Below, piece by piece: positions 34,700 to 47,257 of a stretch of 64,000 bases of DNA. The notes beneath the pieces are model-generated. The model was not told the origin of the DNA. It did no database searches and saw only the letters and a list, made by a program, of their open reading frames with translations. The stretch comes from Trichodelitschia bisporula (taxonomy: Eukaryota). The stretch spans positions 203,101 to 267,100 of the forward strand of contig ML996690.1 of assembly GCA_010356995.1 (NCBI GenBank), in the 5' to 3' direction. Within the stretch, counting starts at the first letter, position 1, and each line of letters begins with the position of its first letter. The position numbers and the translations under genes were made by a program.

Positions 34700-36915
34700 C
34701 TGCTGATGGCCCCCTCTCATCCTCTGCTCATGGCTGTCTCGCATGGGTTGGTAGGCGTCCCTAGAATCCCGTTCGTGCGTGCCCAGCAAAAAATCATCCT
34801 CAGGCTCCCAAGTCGCAGGAACGCGGTTAGTACCCGGCATCCGCATCGGCCGCGGAGAATCAAGCCGCTCCCGCCGCTGCGTCATCGGGATCTGCACACA
34901 CGCCATCCGGCGCGAGCTGTGGTTCGACCTCAAACTATCCCCAAAGCTGCCGTATTCCGGCCTGTCGAACTCGCTGAACGGGCTGCTGTCGCCTGATGGT
35001 AGGGGCGTGCTATCTGGCGGTGACGAGAGAGCAGGTTGGGCCGGGCGACGGGGCGTTTGTGGACCGACGTAGCGGTACTGGTCGATTGTGAGGGTCTGGC
35101 GGGTCGGATTGTTCCCATTGGCAGCACTGGAGGGGTCGGCAGCAGCCCGACGAGAAGTCCTGAGGGCATCTCGGGCGGCCTTGACGGCTCGAGGATCAGG
35201 TTTAGCCGGAAAGTGGTGTGAACGGAAGTTGCGGCCCTGCGTGGGAAGATCCCGTGTGCGCTGGACCAAGTGTATATCCGCCGACATCGCCGCATGCTCC
35301 GACGTCGCGATGGAAGCCGCGTGTTGAACGAAAATATCGTCGAAGTCATAGTTCCAAGCCCGTTCCCAAGCCTGCTCGTGGGTTTCGCCGTCCTTCTGGC
35401 GTTCGCGTTCGGGGGCATAGGCTGCCTTGATTTCTTGCCAGTAGACGTTAACCATTTGCCCGTTGAATTTGACGGCAAATTTTGGGAAGGTTGCGTTCAT
35501 GAGATCTGCGAGCAGTTCCAGGTCACGTCGACGACGCGGCGGGCGAGGACTAGCATGACCTCGTGAAAGGACCAGAAGTGAGATACCTTCTTTCGGGTGG
35601 AGAGTACGGAGCCGACGTAAACTACGTCGGTGCTGTCACCGCCCCCCGCTATGGGCTGCCATTCAATGGCAGGTTTCTTAGTTCGCTTCTTCTCTGCTCT
35701 CCGAGCATTCATGTTCTTGTGGGACGGCGCCATGGTGTCTGGAAAGAGAGGAAGTTAAGGAAGTAGTGAGGTCGAAATCGAAGGATTTGAATTCAGAGTG
35801 CGCGAGGAAGCGAGGGCAAGGCAGCAGCAGTACTCCTTTTCCTTACGGCCGCTTTAGACGCATGCATACGCGTGATGTTTGTACGACGCGGATTCGCCGC
35901 ATATTGGTCTGGAACCAAGCGGAAGCTCCCACGGCCAATGTCTTGGTTTGTGATTGCTCGCAAGCAGGCGATGCAACCGCCTTACTGGAGATTTGGTGTC
36001 CAAAAGTGCTGACCGGTCAATCTGGGCATTGCCTGAGCCATAAGTATGACTGTTAGCCGCATACATCGCTGGACTGGACACTGGCGAGGAGTGTGGGTGG
36101 AGGACCCCAGGCCGTTGGATGCATTGATGTGCCGATTCGAGGTTATTTGAATTTGACTCCAACGTGTCGAAGCAACTGAATTATAATCGAGCGACCAAAT
36201 GGAAAGATAATATGTGCGGTTGATTTACAGGCTTCGTACCGTGGACGCGGATGATGCTTTGGTTCTGGGTAGATTGAGATTTGGGTCTGATACGGGCTTC
36301 CCGAGAGCTATACAAAGCAACAACTCGCTAGCCTAAAAATACATGTCAGTAATCAGTGCCATATTCAAGAAGGGCTCTCGATTCTGAATGACATGTCGTC
36401 TTAACGTGGTTGACACCGGTACGGGCTGATGGTCACCGACTTTCCTCGCCAGAGGAATTGATGATGAAGAGGAGTCCTTATCATCTTATAACGCTATCAT
36501 AGAATATATACACGCTTTACAGGGTACGGGAAGCAAGAATTGCGTCTATAAAGGCCGACCGCGAGGTGATGAACAGAAGTTGCTGATGAACGAACGTCGA
36601 GATAAAGTACAGATATCGGGCCTTGGCATCTCCGATGTCACTCCCTCCACTTCCCCACACTCCAGTCGTCACATCTCCAACTTCATCTCCGTGTTTAGAA
36701 CTCGCAGCCTGGCTTCTGGCTAAATCAGCAGCTAAATAAGTAGCTAAACTCGCGATGCAGCAGAGCTACGCCTCGTCCGCCTTGTCCCAGCCTCCCACGA
36801 CGGAACACCGCACCCGGACCTCGGTAGTCGCGTCGAGCTTACATCAAAAGTGAAGCAACCCGCAATGTAGCATCACCATCACCACCACATCGTCAAGATA
36901 CCACTCCCTCCAACC

Positions 36916-37993
36916 ATGCAAGCAATACACATCCCCGCCTTCGTCAAGGTACGCCCTCCCCTCCCCAAAAGTCACCCACCTAACCACCTAGGATCCCTCC
37001 GCCCTCAAACCAACCACCCACCCCACCCCCACCCCCTCCCCAACCCGCATCCTAATCCACACAACCCACGTCTCCCCAACACACGTCGACCTCCTCTACG
37101 CCCAAGGCCTACACCAAAACAACAAACGTCACGCAAAGCCCCCCTTCATCCTAGGCATGGACTTCGCCGGCACCATTCTCTCCGCCCCTGCAATCACTGG
37201 TTTCCGCCAAGGCGACAGCGTGTACGGCTCCGCTGCCGGCGGGTTTGCGGAGTACATCAGCGTCGATGTTTCCAAAGGTGGTACGGGCGGGATTCGTCGC
37301 GTACCCGACGGGTGGAGCCGCGCCGGCGCGTGTGCGGTGGGGGCGAGTGGGGCAGTTGGCCTGGGGTGTTTCCGCGCGGTGGGCGGTGTGAGGAAGGGGG
37401 AGTGGGTGCTTGTGACGGGGGCGACGGGTGGACTGGGATGTGTTGCGGTGCAGATTGCGCGGGCGATGGGCGGGCGTGTGGTTGCGCTTGTTGGCGGGGC
37501 GGGTGCGGAAGAGAAAGAACGCGTGATAAAGGCGCTGGGCGTGGAGGCGTGCGTGCGGTATGATTTAGAGGGATGGGAAGAGCGGGTTAAGGAGGTTAGT
37601 GGCGGGGGCGTGGACGTGGTGTACGATGTTGTCGGGATGGTGGAGAGTTGCCTCCGGTGCTGCGCGTACGAGGGCCGGGTTGTTATCGTCGGGTTTGCGG
37701 GACGGGGCGGGGATGTGGAGCGCGTACGGGTTAATCGTGTGTTGTTGAAGAGTGCGTCGGTTGTGGGGTATCGGTTTGGTGAGCAGGGGCGCAGGAAACC
37801 GGAGGTGGTGCGCAGGATTTGGCAAGACTTTGATGAGATGGTTGCGAGAGGGGGAATTGTGCCGGTTATCTATCCGAAGGAGTATAAGAGCCTTGCTGCT
37901 GTGGGCGCTGCGATGGGCGATCTGGCTCGCCGCGAGGTATATGGGCGTGCGGTGATTGAGGTCGTGGAGGTGGAGGAGCAGGCGAAGTTGTAG
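36916..37993 (+). CDS. Zinc-independent MDR/quinone oxidoreductase (zeta-crystallin-like), probably peroxisomal
   Basis: PFILGMDFAG, VLVTGATGGLG (Rossmann), GVDVVYDVVG; intron 36949-36991; C-terminal AKL (PTS1). Confidence 0.9.
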
Positions 37994-38294
37994 CAGTGCT
38001 GATATTGGATAGGCCCCCCGCTGGACTAACTGTACATAGAGCGGTGCATACAGAGCTGCAGCGACGGAAAGCAATGAAGATAGCGATGTCCACCCACGAG
38101 AAAGATTACGCACCCAGCGAATACAGATGCAGATCCAAGGTCGAGCCAACGAACGCCAAACACAAATGCAAAGAGAGAAATACCCACTCTAAAATCGCCA
38201 ACCTCCCTCAAATTACAATGCCGCCAAAAATGCACCGGGTCGTCCAAAGTACTGCTCGCCTCAATCGTCTGGAAGCATAGCGTGGTAGACCACA

Positions 38295-41200
38295 TCATCC
38301 TGTCCGCCGGCGCTTCCTCGCCGGACCTTCTTCCGCCGGTGAATCCCCTGCCGGTACATCCTTCGCGGGTGTATCCTCCGCCGGTGCCTCCTCGGCTAAT
38401 GCATGCTTTGCCGGTGTATCCTCAGCCGATGCATCCTCAGCCGATACATCCTCGGCCGATGCATCCTCGGCCGATATACCCTCAACCGGCGCACCCAACG
38501 CCAGTCTATCAGCCGCTGCAGCCCGCATCGCCTGTTCGTTCAACCAAGACGAAAGCTGGAACAGCGCATCAGCGTGCGGCCTGGCCTCTTCGGCCGAAAG
38601 ATCCGGGCCCCAGAGTCCTGTGGCCGACAATTCGGCTGGTGCGTCCTCTGTAGGTGCATCCTCCGCAGGTGTATCCTCCGCCGGTGTATCCTCAGCCAGT
38701 CCATCCCACACCGACTCTTCGTCGCTCGGCGCAACCCAAAGCTGGAACACCATATCAGCGTGCGCTCTTGCCCCCTCGGACACCGAAGCATCCGGGCCCC
38801 ACAGTCTAGTGGTCGACAATTCAGATGGTGTATCCTCCGCAGCCGTATCCTCCGCAGGTGCATCCTCTGCCGTTGCACCCTCTGCCGGTATATCTTCGGC
38901 TGGTGTATCCCTCGGCGCATCCGCTGCCGGTGCGTCCCCCGCCGATGTATCCCCTGCCGGCCCATCCTCATCCGATGCAACGCCAATCCGCTCTTCATCG
39001 CTCAACCAGTCCCAAAGCTGGAACTGCATATCAGCGCGCGACCTTGGCGCCACAGGCGCCGAAGCATCCGGGCCCCACATTCCAGTGGTCGACAATTCGG
39101 ATGGTGTATCCTCCGTAGGCGCATCGTCCGCAAGGGCATCGTCAGCAGGCGCATCGTCCGCAGGTTCATCGTCAGCAGGCGCATCATCCGCGGGTGTATC
39201 CTCCGCCGGCTCATCGTCCGCAGGTACGTCGTCCGCAGGCGCGTCGTCCGCAGGGGCATCGTCAGCATGGTCATCGTCCGCAGGGGAATCGTCCACAGAT
39301 GCATCGTCCGCAGGTGCATCTTCGGTTGGTGTATCCCCCGCAGGTGTATCCTCTGCCGGTGCACCCTCGGCTGGTGTATCTCCCGCCGATGTATCCTCTG
39401 CCGGTGCATTCGCAGCCGATGCCTCCCGCACCCACTCATCGAACGCAACCAAGAACCGCATATCAGCGTGCGGCCTTGCCTCCGCGGACGCCGCCGAGGC
39501 ATCCGGGCCCCAGACTCCAGCGGTTGAAACACCCTCCGGCAGCGAAACCGGGTTCGCTTTCGCAGCCGGGCGTCGTATGGCTACCCCCTGCTCAGATTCC
39601 TCACTAGTGCTGCTGCTAGTTTCCACGTCGTCGTTTGCCGGTAGCTCCTCCCTTTGGCTGGGCACTGCGGTGGGAGGCTTGGGCTGGGGCGACGGGGGGG
39701 GGATCTTCAATTGGGACATCATGGCCTCCATCCCAGCGAGAGCTGAGTCAAGCGTAGCATCAAGCTTCTTGATGATATTTGAAGTAGCCGGATACGACTT
39801 ATAAACGATTTGACGAAGTTCTGCGGCCTCCTCCATATGCGGGACGAGCTTATCGGCGACCGAGGACTGGAGTATCTGCATCTGCTTAGCAGAAACCGGA
39901 AGCGACATTTCCACAATGTTATCCCGTAATTCTGCGGCCTCCCGCGTAATTTTACGAATCTTCTTCAGCGCCAACTGGAGGTCCTGGACTTGCGATTCCG
40001 GTGCAGGCTTATCGGACGGCAATTCCTCCTTGGACGAACCGATTTTTGCGACAGCGTTGACGTGCTCTTCCTGGACGGGACGATCAAAATGGGCAATCGC
40101 GGCCTTGAATGCATCCATTACAAAGTCAAACGTAGCAATGACCTCCTCGACGGTCTTAGGCGTATTCGGAGACGACTCAACGCTTGCATGAAGGTCGACG
40201 GCCTTCCTCAAACATTCCAGGAGCTTCATGATGATCTCGCGCTCGATTGCCTTGCTGTTATGAGAAGGATGCGGAAACACCTCATGCATGCCTTCCCGAA
40301 ATAGTGTGGCCTCGTTCGTGTCTAGACAAATTTCCGCGATCGCGGACTGGACTTCCTCGCTTGACAATTTCCGTGCAGGCACAACGGACTGACGGATCTG
40401 CCTGACGGTGTTGGCGCGCTCTTCCTCGTTGGGAGGCTCTTCCTGGTCGCGAGACTCAAACTTGGCGATAGCAGCCTTGAGTTCATCCATTGCAAAGACC
40501 AACGTAGCAGTGGCCCCCTCGACGATCTTAAAATTCTTCGAAAACGACTTCTTAACGCTTTTACGAAGTTCCGCGGCCGGCTCCAAACATTTGACCAGCT
40601 TCCTGATGATAGTGCGTTCGAGTGCCGTGTTTTCACGAGAAGGAATCGGAAACCTCTCATTCATGCTTTCCCGAAGTTGTGCGGCCTCGTCCGCATATAG
40701 ACGAATTTTCACAATCGCGGACTGGACTTCCTCACTTGACAATTTCCATGCAGGATTGAAGGACGGGTCGATCTTTGCGACAGTTTTGGCACACTCTTTC
40801 TCGCCAGAAGGCACTTCCTCGCCGGAGGGCTCTTCCTGGCCGGAGGGCGCTTGCTGGTTGAGAGGCTCTTCCTGGTTGAGAGGATCTTCCTTGTCAGGAG
40901 GCTCTTCCTGGCCGGGAGGCTCTTTCTGGTCAGGAAGCTCTTCCTGGTCGTGAGGCTCCTCCTTGTCCAACGTGCCGGGTTCGTCGGGGGATTGTTGGTC
41001 GGTGGGGACTAGGTGCAGATGTTCGAGCATAAATTTCTGGTACGTCATCGCCGCGGCAGGGCCTAGTGCAGCTGACAGTGTTAGCAGAGCCAGCAAGTAT
41101 GCCTTGTGCCAGCTCACGATCAAACCGCCAGTTCGGTTGACGAGGGTCTAGATCCCACACCGGCAACCTCGTTGGGCCCGGCAACGCCCCATAGAGCACC

Positions 41201-44200
41201 AACATCCCCGCAAACTCATGATAGATGACGCCACACAAGGCCAAGCTGCAATCCACAAGGGAGAAAACCCCATTGAGCAGCGTGTACGGCCCATTAATCA
41301 ACCACACCGGTTTATCGCACGTCCCATTGTCCGCGAAGAACGGGCCTTGCGCCGAGTAGTATGGGCCCATGCTCATGCTGACAGACATCTGTGGGGGAGT
41401 GACGCAGGGAATCGTCCATTTGACTGGCGCAACCGTCCAGAATTTCACGGATACCCACGTTTTGTCTGCCCCTGGTACGTCGACCGGCAGCATCAAAGTT
41501 TCCGGGGCGTCCACCGGTCTGAAAGGGGGCGCTGATGCGCCATCTTGAGAGAATTTATCGGTAAGCCGTGGGGACATAGACACGACGGTCTCCGAAAGTC
41601 CTGGGGCAGTAGACGCCGAGGATGGCGGTGGGTCGGGCGACGGCTGACGCGGCTGATCGTCGTGCGACGGGACAGATGCTGAGTTTTCAGGCAACGGCAC
41701 AAATACCCACCTTTCGGCTAACGGGGGGTTCGATGCCGAGGATGGCAGTGGGTCGGGCGACGGGACCGATGCCGAATTTACGGGCAAGGGGGATATCCGC
41801 GGTGGATTACTGGCTGTGGCCGGTGTGACCGTTAGCCAAGGTAGCCCTCCCGACACTGGCCTCCGGCATTGCGCGAACTCCATGTTAAACGCGTATAGCG
41901 CTTCCCGGGCACGGCTTTCCAGATCCCGGGCACGGCGGCTCAGACGTCTTAGTAGTAGCAGATGCGTGTTGTATATCGACCTCTCGTGGTCCCAGAGTAC
42001 TTGGTTGTACCAAGAGCGAATTACTGAGGGCGGGATTTTGACGAAGGGAGCAGCTGGTATAACGGGTCGGCCGGTGGCGGCTTGGGCTTTTGCTGTTCCG
42101 GTGCGCGGAAACGCCCTCCGGGGCGACGTTCTAGCTCTGTATACCCGTTCTACCACGTTCAGTAGGGACTTGATCTGAAGAGCGATTGTAGTTGGCTGGC
42201 CGGGGAAGAAGATTTCCTTCAGGTCACGCTCTTCCGTCCTGGCATCCCCTGGATCTCCTGGTACTCGTCAGTTAACGTCCAGATGCAGCATCCTCTCATC
42301 GCCCATAGGCTAGTGTTAGCAGTAGAAACCCACCAGCTTTATTCGTATTCGCCGTAAATACCGTTACATTCAAGTGTGACGTACCAATCGGCGCCGTCCA
42401 GTCGAGTGAAGGAAATAAAGCCAAACACTCCTCAAATGGCATGCATAAGCTTTCTATCATCTGCGATCTAGAAGATGATTGCGAGCCAGAACGTGAACAC
42501 GTGCTCGACTCGAGGGCGTCCGGCCGCAGCGGAGGCATTTCTGGGCTCGGGTCCGGCACGACGGGGAGACCTGAGCGGGCTAGCCATGTTGAGAAGGATT
42601 CGATGCTCCGATCATTCAAGGGCGGGAACGGCTCTGCTTCTGGAGCTGGGCTGTACGTGGGGGAGGCTATCCGTGAGCACTTGAGCAAGGCTGGCGGGGA
42701 TGAAATCATGCCTGACCGAGAGGTCATGGGCGGAATAGAATCATAGGAAGAGTCTAGTAGAACAGTTACGAAAGGTCAGCAAAGAAGGAAAACGATATCA
42801 ATTAGAGCGGATATCTACAAACCAGTGGTGGCTGGCACATGAATAACTCCCGACGAGGACATTGAAACCATGTTGTAAACTTCATAAAGCCTTGAGGAGG
42901 AAGTGTTGTCGGATGCGGCTCCAGCCGCACTGGGCGACGATCCGCCAGGGTTGGAACTGGGTGGTGGTCCACCGGATCCAGATCCAGGCGGTGGTCCGCT
43001 GGAACCATGCTCAGGCGGTGGTTGATCAGATCCATCTCCAGGCGGTGACTGAAACGACCCATCTCCAGAGGGCGGCTGACCAAATCCATCTCCAGAGGGC
43101 GGCTGACCAAACCCATCTCCAGGCGGCGATTCCTCAGACTTATCATCGCTCTCCTCCGCCATGCTATAAAGTACATCATCTGACTCATCATCTTGCTCCT
43201 CATCATCTTGCCTCTCATCTTCTGGCTCCGCATCATCTTGCTCCGCATCATCTTGCTCCTCATTACCTTGCTCCCCATCATCGTGCTCCTCATCATCGTG
43301 CTCCTCATCATCGTGCTCCTCATCATCTTGCTCCTCATCATCTTGCTCCTCATCATCGCGCTCCTCATCATCATGCTCCTCATTATCATGCTCCTCACAG
43401 TCAACCCCCTCAGACCCCCGCCAAGCCCGCAAGAGCGTGAGATAAGCCGTACCACGAAGGTGTGGCAGCGAATAAGCTCGGCGCCTCGAGCACATTCTGG
43501 CATACTCCACCACGACCTCACCGGACGTCCGTGTAGAAGATTTTGCGCGACTCCGCCCTGGCCGCAGCCACACCGGTCTGTTCCGCCTCCAATGGCGCCA
43601 CGCACGTACGCGCGAGGTAGAATCCATGCTAATTTCCGACGGCACCTCTTCCCTAGGTTCTGGCCATAGAAGTTTCGGCCAGCGCGGCTCGCTGGCGCTG
43701 TGCAGAACGAGATCAAGAAGCGCGACGTCGAGCTCAGCGGGAGGAGACTCGACGTTTCTGTCCGGCAAATCGAGTGATGTATTAGCGCCCATCATGAGAT
43801 CATCACTACCGACCGGCGACGTCCTCCCGCTGGGGTCAGCCTCAGTATGCGGCTCGGGAATATGAATCTCCTCGATTAAAGAATACGTCCTGCGTAGTAG
43901 ATCCGCGGTACCGAAAGGCGCGCTGTCAAGCCCAGGGACCGGGCGCTCGGGGCTGATGCTTATGGCGTGGGATCTATGCAGCCGGACATGATCGTGCCAC
44001 CACAGGACCTCACTCTGTGTCGGGGAAACCGGGAGCTCGGGACTGGCGCTTGTGCTGGGGGATCTATTCCGCCGGATGTGGTCGCGAAACCACAGGACGT
44101 CACTCAGCGCCGGAGAAACCGAGCGCTCAGCCCTGGTACCGGGAGGGGGGGGTCTTTCCTGACGGATTGGGTCGCGCTCGGGGCTGGTGCTTATACTGGA

Positions 44201-47200
44201 GGATCTATCCCGCCGGACTGGGTCGCGCATCCACAGGACCTCACTCAGCGCCGGGGAAACCGGGCGCTCGGGGTTGGTGCCGGTGGGGGAGGACCTTTCC
44301 TGAGATATCGGATCGCGTGGCGCATCAAGGCACATCTCCGGGATGTCGCGGTCGGCCAGCGATGAGGGCATCTCGCTCGACGTGGGGAAAACCGGCCGCT
44401 CGGCGTGGGAACCAGAACTGTAGGGTCTACGCCGGCGGATCGGTTCACGCGGCGGATTAGTGCACATCCACAGGACATCGTTCAGCGATGGGGAGCCTAG
44501 GCGGTCGACGTTGAAGCCGCTAGTAAAGGGTCTATCTCGGCGGGTCAGACGGCGCGGCGCATCAGCGCGCCACCTGAGGATGTCGCGGTCGGTCCGCCAT
44601 GACGAGTGTATCTCCCTAGGCGCCGGGGAGACTGGGCGCTCGGCAATGCTTCCACGAGTGGGAGACCGATGCCGGCGGGTCAATTCGGGCGACACATTAA
44701 TCCGCAACAACGCGGCATCGCTGTAGTCCAGCGGCGACGATGGCAGCGTCGACAAGGACCACTGCTCCGTGGACGCGTTGCTCAGCATCGGGGAGGCCGG
44801 GTGCTCTGCCCTGGTGCCGGTAGTAGGGGATATATCCCGGCAGATTGGATCGCGCGGCGCATCATCCCGGATCACCGAGATATTGCTACCGGCCAGTGAC
44901 GATACGAGCCTCTCGCTCAGAGTCGGTGAGACCGGGCACTCGCTAGGCGTCGGGGAGCCGAGAGGCGCACTGGGCGCCTGGGTGGTGCGCGACTCAGACG
45001 CCGCTTGCCTGCGCAGCGCGGTGCGGAGTTGGCTATGGACTTGGTCACGCAGTAGGGGCATAACACGGTCGCGCAACATGGGTAGAACCTGGTCGCGCAC
45101 AAGGGATGTGAAGTGCTCGCTCACCATGGGCTTGACTTTGTGGCGTACCGCGGCCTTGACGTGAAGGCAAAACTCAGGGCTGACTTCGTCGTGGCCTTGG
45201 GCGCGCAGCATGGTGTTGACCAGGTCGCGTACAACGATGCTAATCATGCGGCTGGTCACGCCGCAGATGTGGATGTGCAGCTGGGTGCTGATTTGGTCGA
45301 GTATCCGGGTTACGTACGGGCTGGCAGTGAGCGGGGGCTTGGAGGCGGCAAGCTGGCCTGTGGCTGTGGGCAGGGACGTGCCTTTCGGGACGGCCGGGAT
45401 CGGGTTGACTTGGTCGACCAGCACTATGCCTACGTACTCGTCGCCGGCGTTCGAGGACTGGGAGTCGGGGTCCTGGGGCTGAGAGTCGGGGTCCTGGGCC
45501 TGGGAGTCGACGTCCCGGGCCTGAGAGTCGGCATACTGGGCCTGAGATTCGGCGTCCTGGGGCTGAGAGTCGGTGTCCTTGAGCTGAGGGTCAGCGTCTC
45601 GGGACTGAGAGTCGGCATCCTGGCGCGTGGGCGAGGACCGAGACGTGCCTACTGGGATGGCCGCGCCCGTACGAACCTGTTCCTGCAGCACGGCACTAGC
45701 CCCTTCGAGCAGCTGGGCTATGTACGGGTCGCGAGCGTCCAGGGGCTGCAGGGAGTCGGTGCGTGGACGTGCGGGCGTGGGCCGGTGCAGGGGCGTGCTC
45801 ACCATGGGGGTCGTGCCAGTGAGGGTATGATATGGGGGCGGAGAGCTAGGATCTATAGCGGTTGGGGTGGGCGATAGTGGCGGCTCAGGAGGTGCGGTTG
45901 GACCTGGGGCGAGCAAACGGGCTAGGATCGAGCGGGCTGCCTTGTATTCTGGGTTGGGGGCGGAGAGGCGGGATCGTACTCGGGCTGAGGCGGCCGGCTG
46001 GGAAGAGGCGGGCGCAGGAGACGAAGTAGAGGCGGCCGCGACTGGCGCCGAGGCGGCGGACTCGGAATCAACGGGTGCTGGGGATGAAGCAGAGGCGGAC
46101 TCGACGGGTGCTGGAGACGAAGCAAAGGCGGCCGCGACAGGCGCTTGGGATGCGATCCAGTCGTGGATGAACAAGCCAACGGGGCGCGAGGCCTCAGCGC
46201 CGGAGGCTGATCTAGCTGCGGCGGCCCGGGACAAGCTGGACAGTTGTATGAAGCCGATAGGGCGCGAGGCCGTGGCGCCGAAGGTTGATCCAACGGGGCG
46301 GGCCCGGGTCAAGGCGGACATGTCCATGAAGCCGATGGGCGTGAAGCCGGTGGCTGGTATTACTGGGCCGGCCGGGGACAGGGTGGGGGCGGCGACTGGG
46401 GTGGATGGCACGGTGGGGGAAAAGGGGGCTGATGTCTCGGTTAAGCCGGGCCCGGAGGAGGTAGAGTCGTGCTCGTCGTCCCGTTTGTGCTCGGCTGAGG
46501 CCGATACAACAGCAGGGGCAGATGGCTCGCCTGGGCCGGCCTCTGGCGGGAAGCTGGATTCAAGCGCATTATTTCCTGCATATGTCACTAATGCGGATCC
46601 GGCGACGAGGGTTGATGGTTCGGCTGAGCTGGACCCGGGGGAGCTGGAGACGCGTTCCCCGTGTCGTCCGTCCCCGTCTGAGGCGGATGCGGGCTCGACG
46701 TGCCGTTCGTCCCGTTCGTCGACGGCGGCGGCGGAGGCGGACCCGACGGCGGGAGCTGATGACCCAGATACTCCGGGTCCGCTGAACTCTCGGTCAGACC
46801 TGGACTCGAGTGTTTTCCGTTCGTCTCCCCCGTGGAGGCTTCCTCCGTCGTTGGGTGCGGCGCCATCGCTCGACTGTCCTGCGTCGCCTGGGGCAGCCTC
46901 AGTGCTCGGTCCGGTTTCGGTGCCCACGGCGGTGTCCTCGGGTCCGGTCGTTGGAGTAGTCGCCTCCGTGTCTTTGAGCTTAGAGGCAGCGGTCTCGCTC
47001 ATGCCTGAGAGTCCCGATCGTTTTCTTTCCTCTTCCTCGTGCTCTGCTCGCGTTACCCCGGCCTCTCTACGGTTCCGAATCCGCGCGACCCACTTCGCGA
47101 CTTTTGAGGCCAGGCTTTTTACCTTAACCTTGGTGCGGTCTTGTGCCTTGAGGCGGATGCTGTGAGCCTTGAACCTGGCGCCCGCAAGCTTTGCCTGGAG

Positions 47201-47257
47201 TGGCGTGTGTTGTCGTTGAAAGCGACCACCGAAGGACTCGGTTGAGCCCCCGTACAT
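38295..47257 (-). CDS. Very large (about 2906 aa) repeat-rich, acidic, largely disordered protein of unknown function; 4 exons
   Basis: Phase-consistent GT-AG introns with branch points at 42754-42822, 42258-42384 and 41072-41117 join ORFs 42815..47257, 42296..42727, 40930..42156 and 38295..41123 into 8721 nt. Ends in RKRRRTG. Confidence 0.7.
38320..39530 (-). repeat. 15-bp coding repeats (EDTPA/DDAPA) interspersed with 4 copies of a WGPDxS..AR..ADxxF module
   Basis: Recurrent ATCCGGGCCCCA at about 38600, 38790, 39066 and 39500, and many GTATCCTCCGCAGG-like units. Confidence 0.85.
43183..43397 (-). repeat. 15-bp coding tandem repeat (EE[Q/H]DD)n
   Basis: TGCTCCTCATCATC[T/G] units repeated about 14 times. 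Confidence 0.9.
45456..45622 (-). repeat. 21-bp coding tandem repeat (QDxDSQx)n
   Basis: CTGAGAGTCGG-containing units at 21-bp spacing. Confidence 0.85.

Larger units (their letters stand above)
32860..35733 (-). pseudogene. Frameshifted gene (pseudogene or assembly errors): Myb/SANT-like N-terminus, 8-aa repeats, C-terminal DUF7587-like / ADP-ribosyltransferase-like domain
   Basis: A 1-nt shift at 35518-35519 joins HFWSFHEVMLVLARRVVDVTW to ELLADLMNATFPKF. A shift at the G6 run 33797-33802 opens NHL...SPFISTSDSLLWAIFRA...YRGRAEYLAW. In-frame TAA at 33325-33327. The 3' end runs into the N gap. Confidence 0.6.

Noticed and set aside
41040..41123. Apparent signal peptide at the start of ORF 38295..41123
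   Set aside because: The hydrophobic stretch is mostly the translated intron 41072-41117, and the ORF start is not ATG.
43183..43397. CRISPR-like array, or Leu/Ile-rich and His-rich ORFs on the plus strand
   Set aside because: These are head-to-tail 15-bp coding repeats without spacers in a eukaryote; the plus-strand ORFs are shadows of the acidic repeat.
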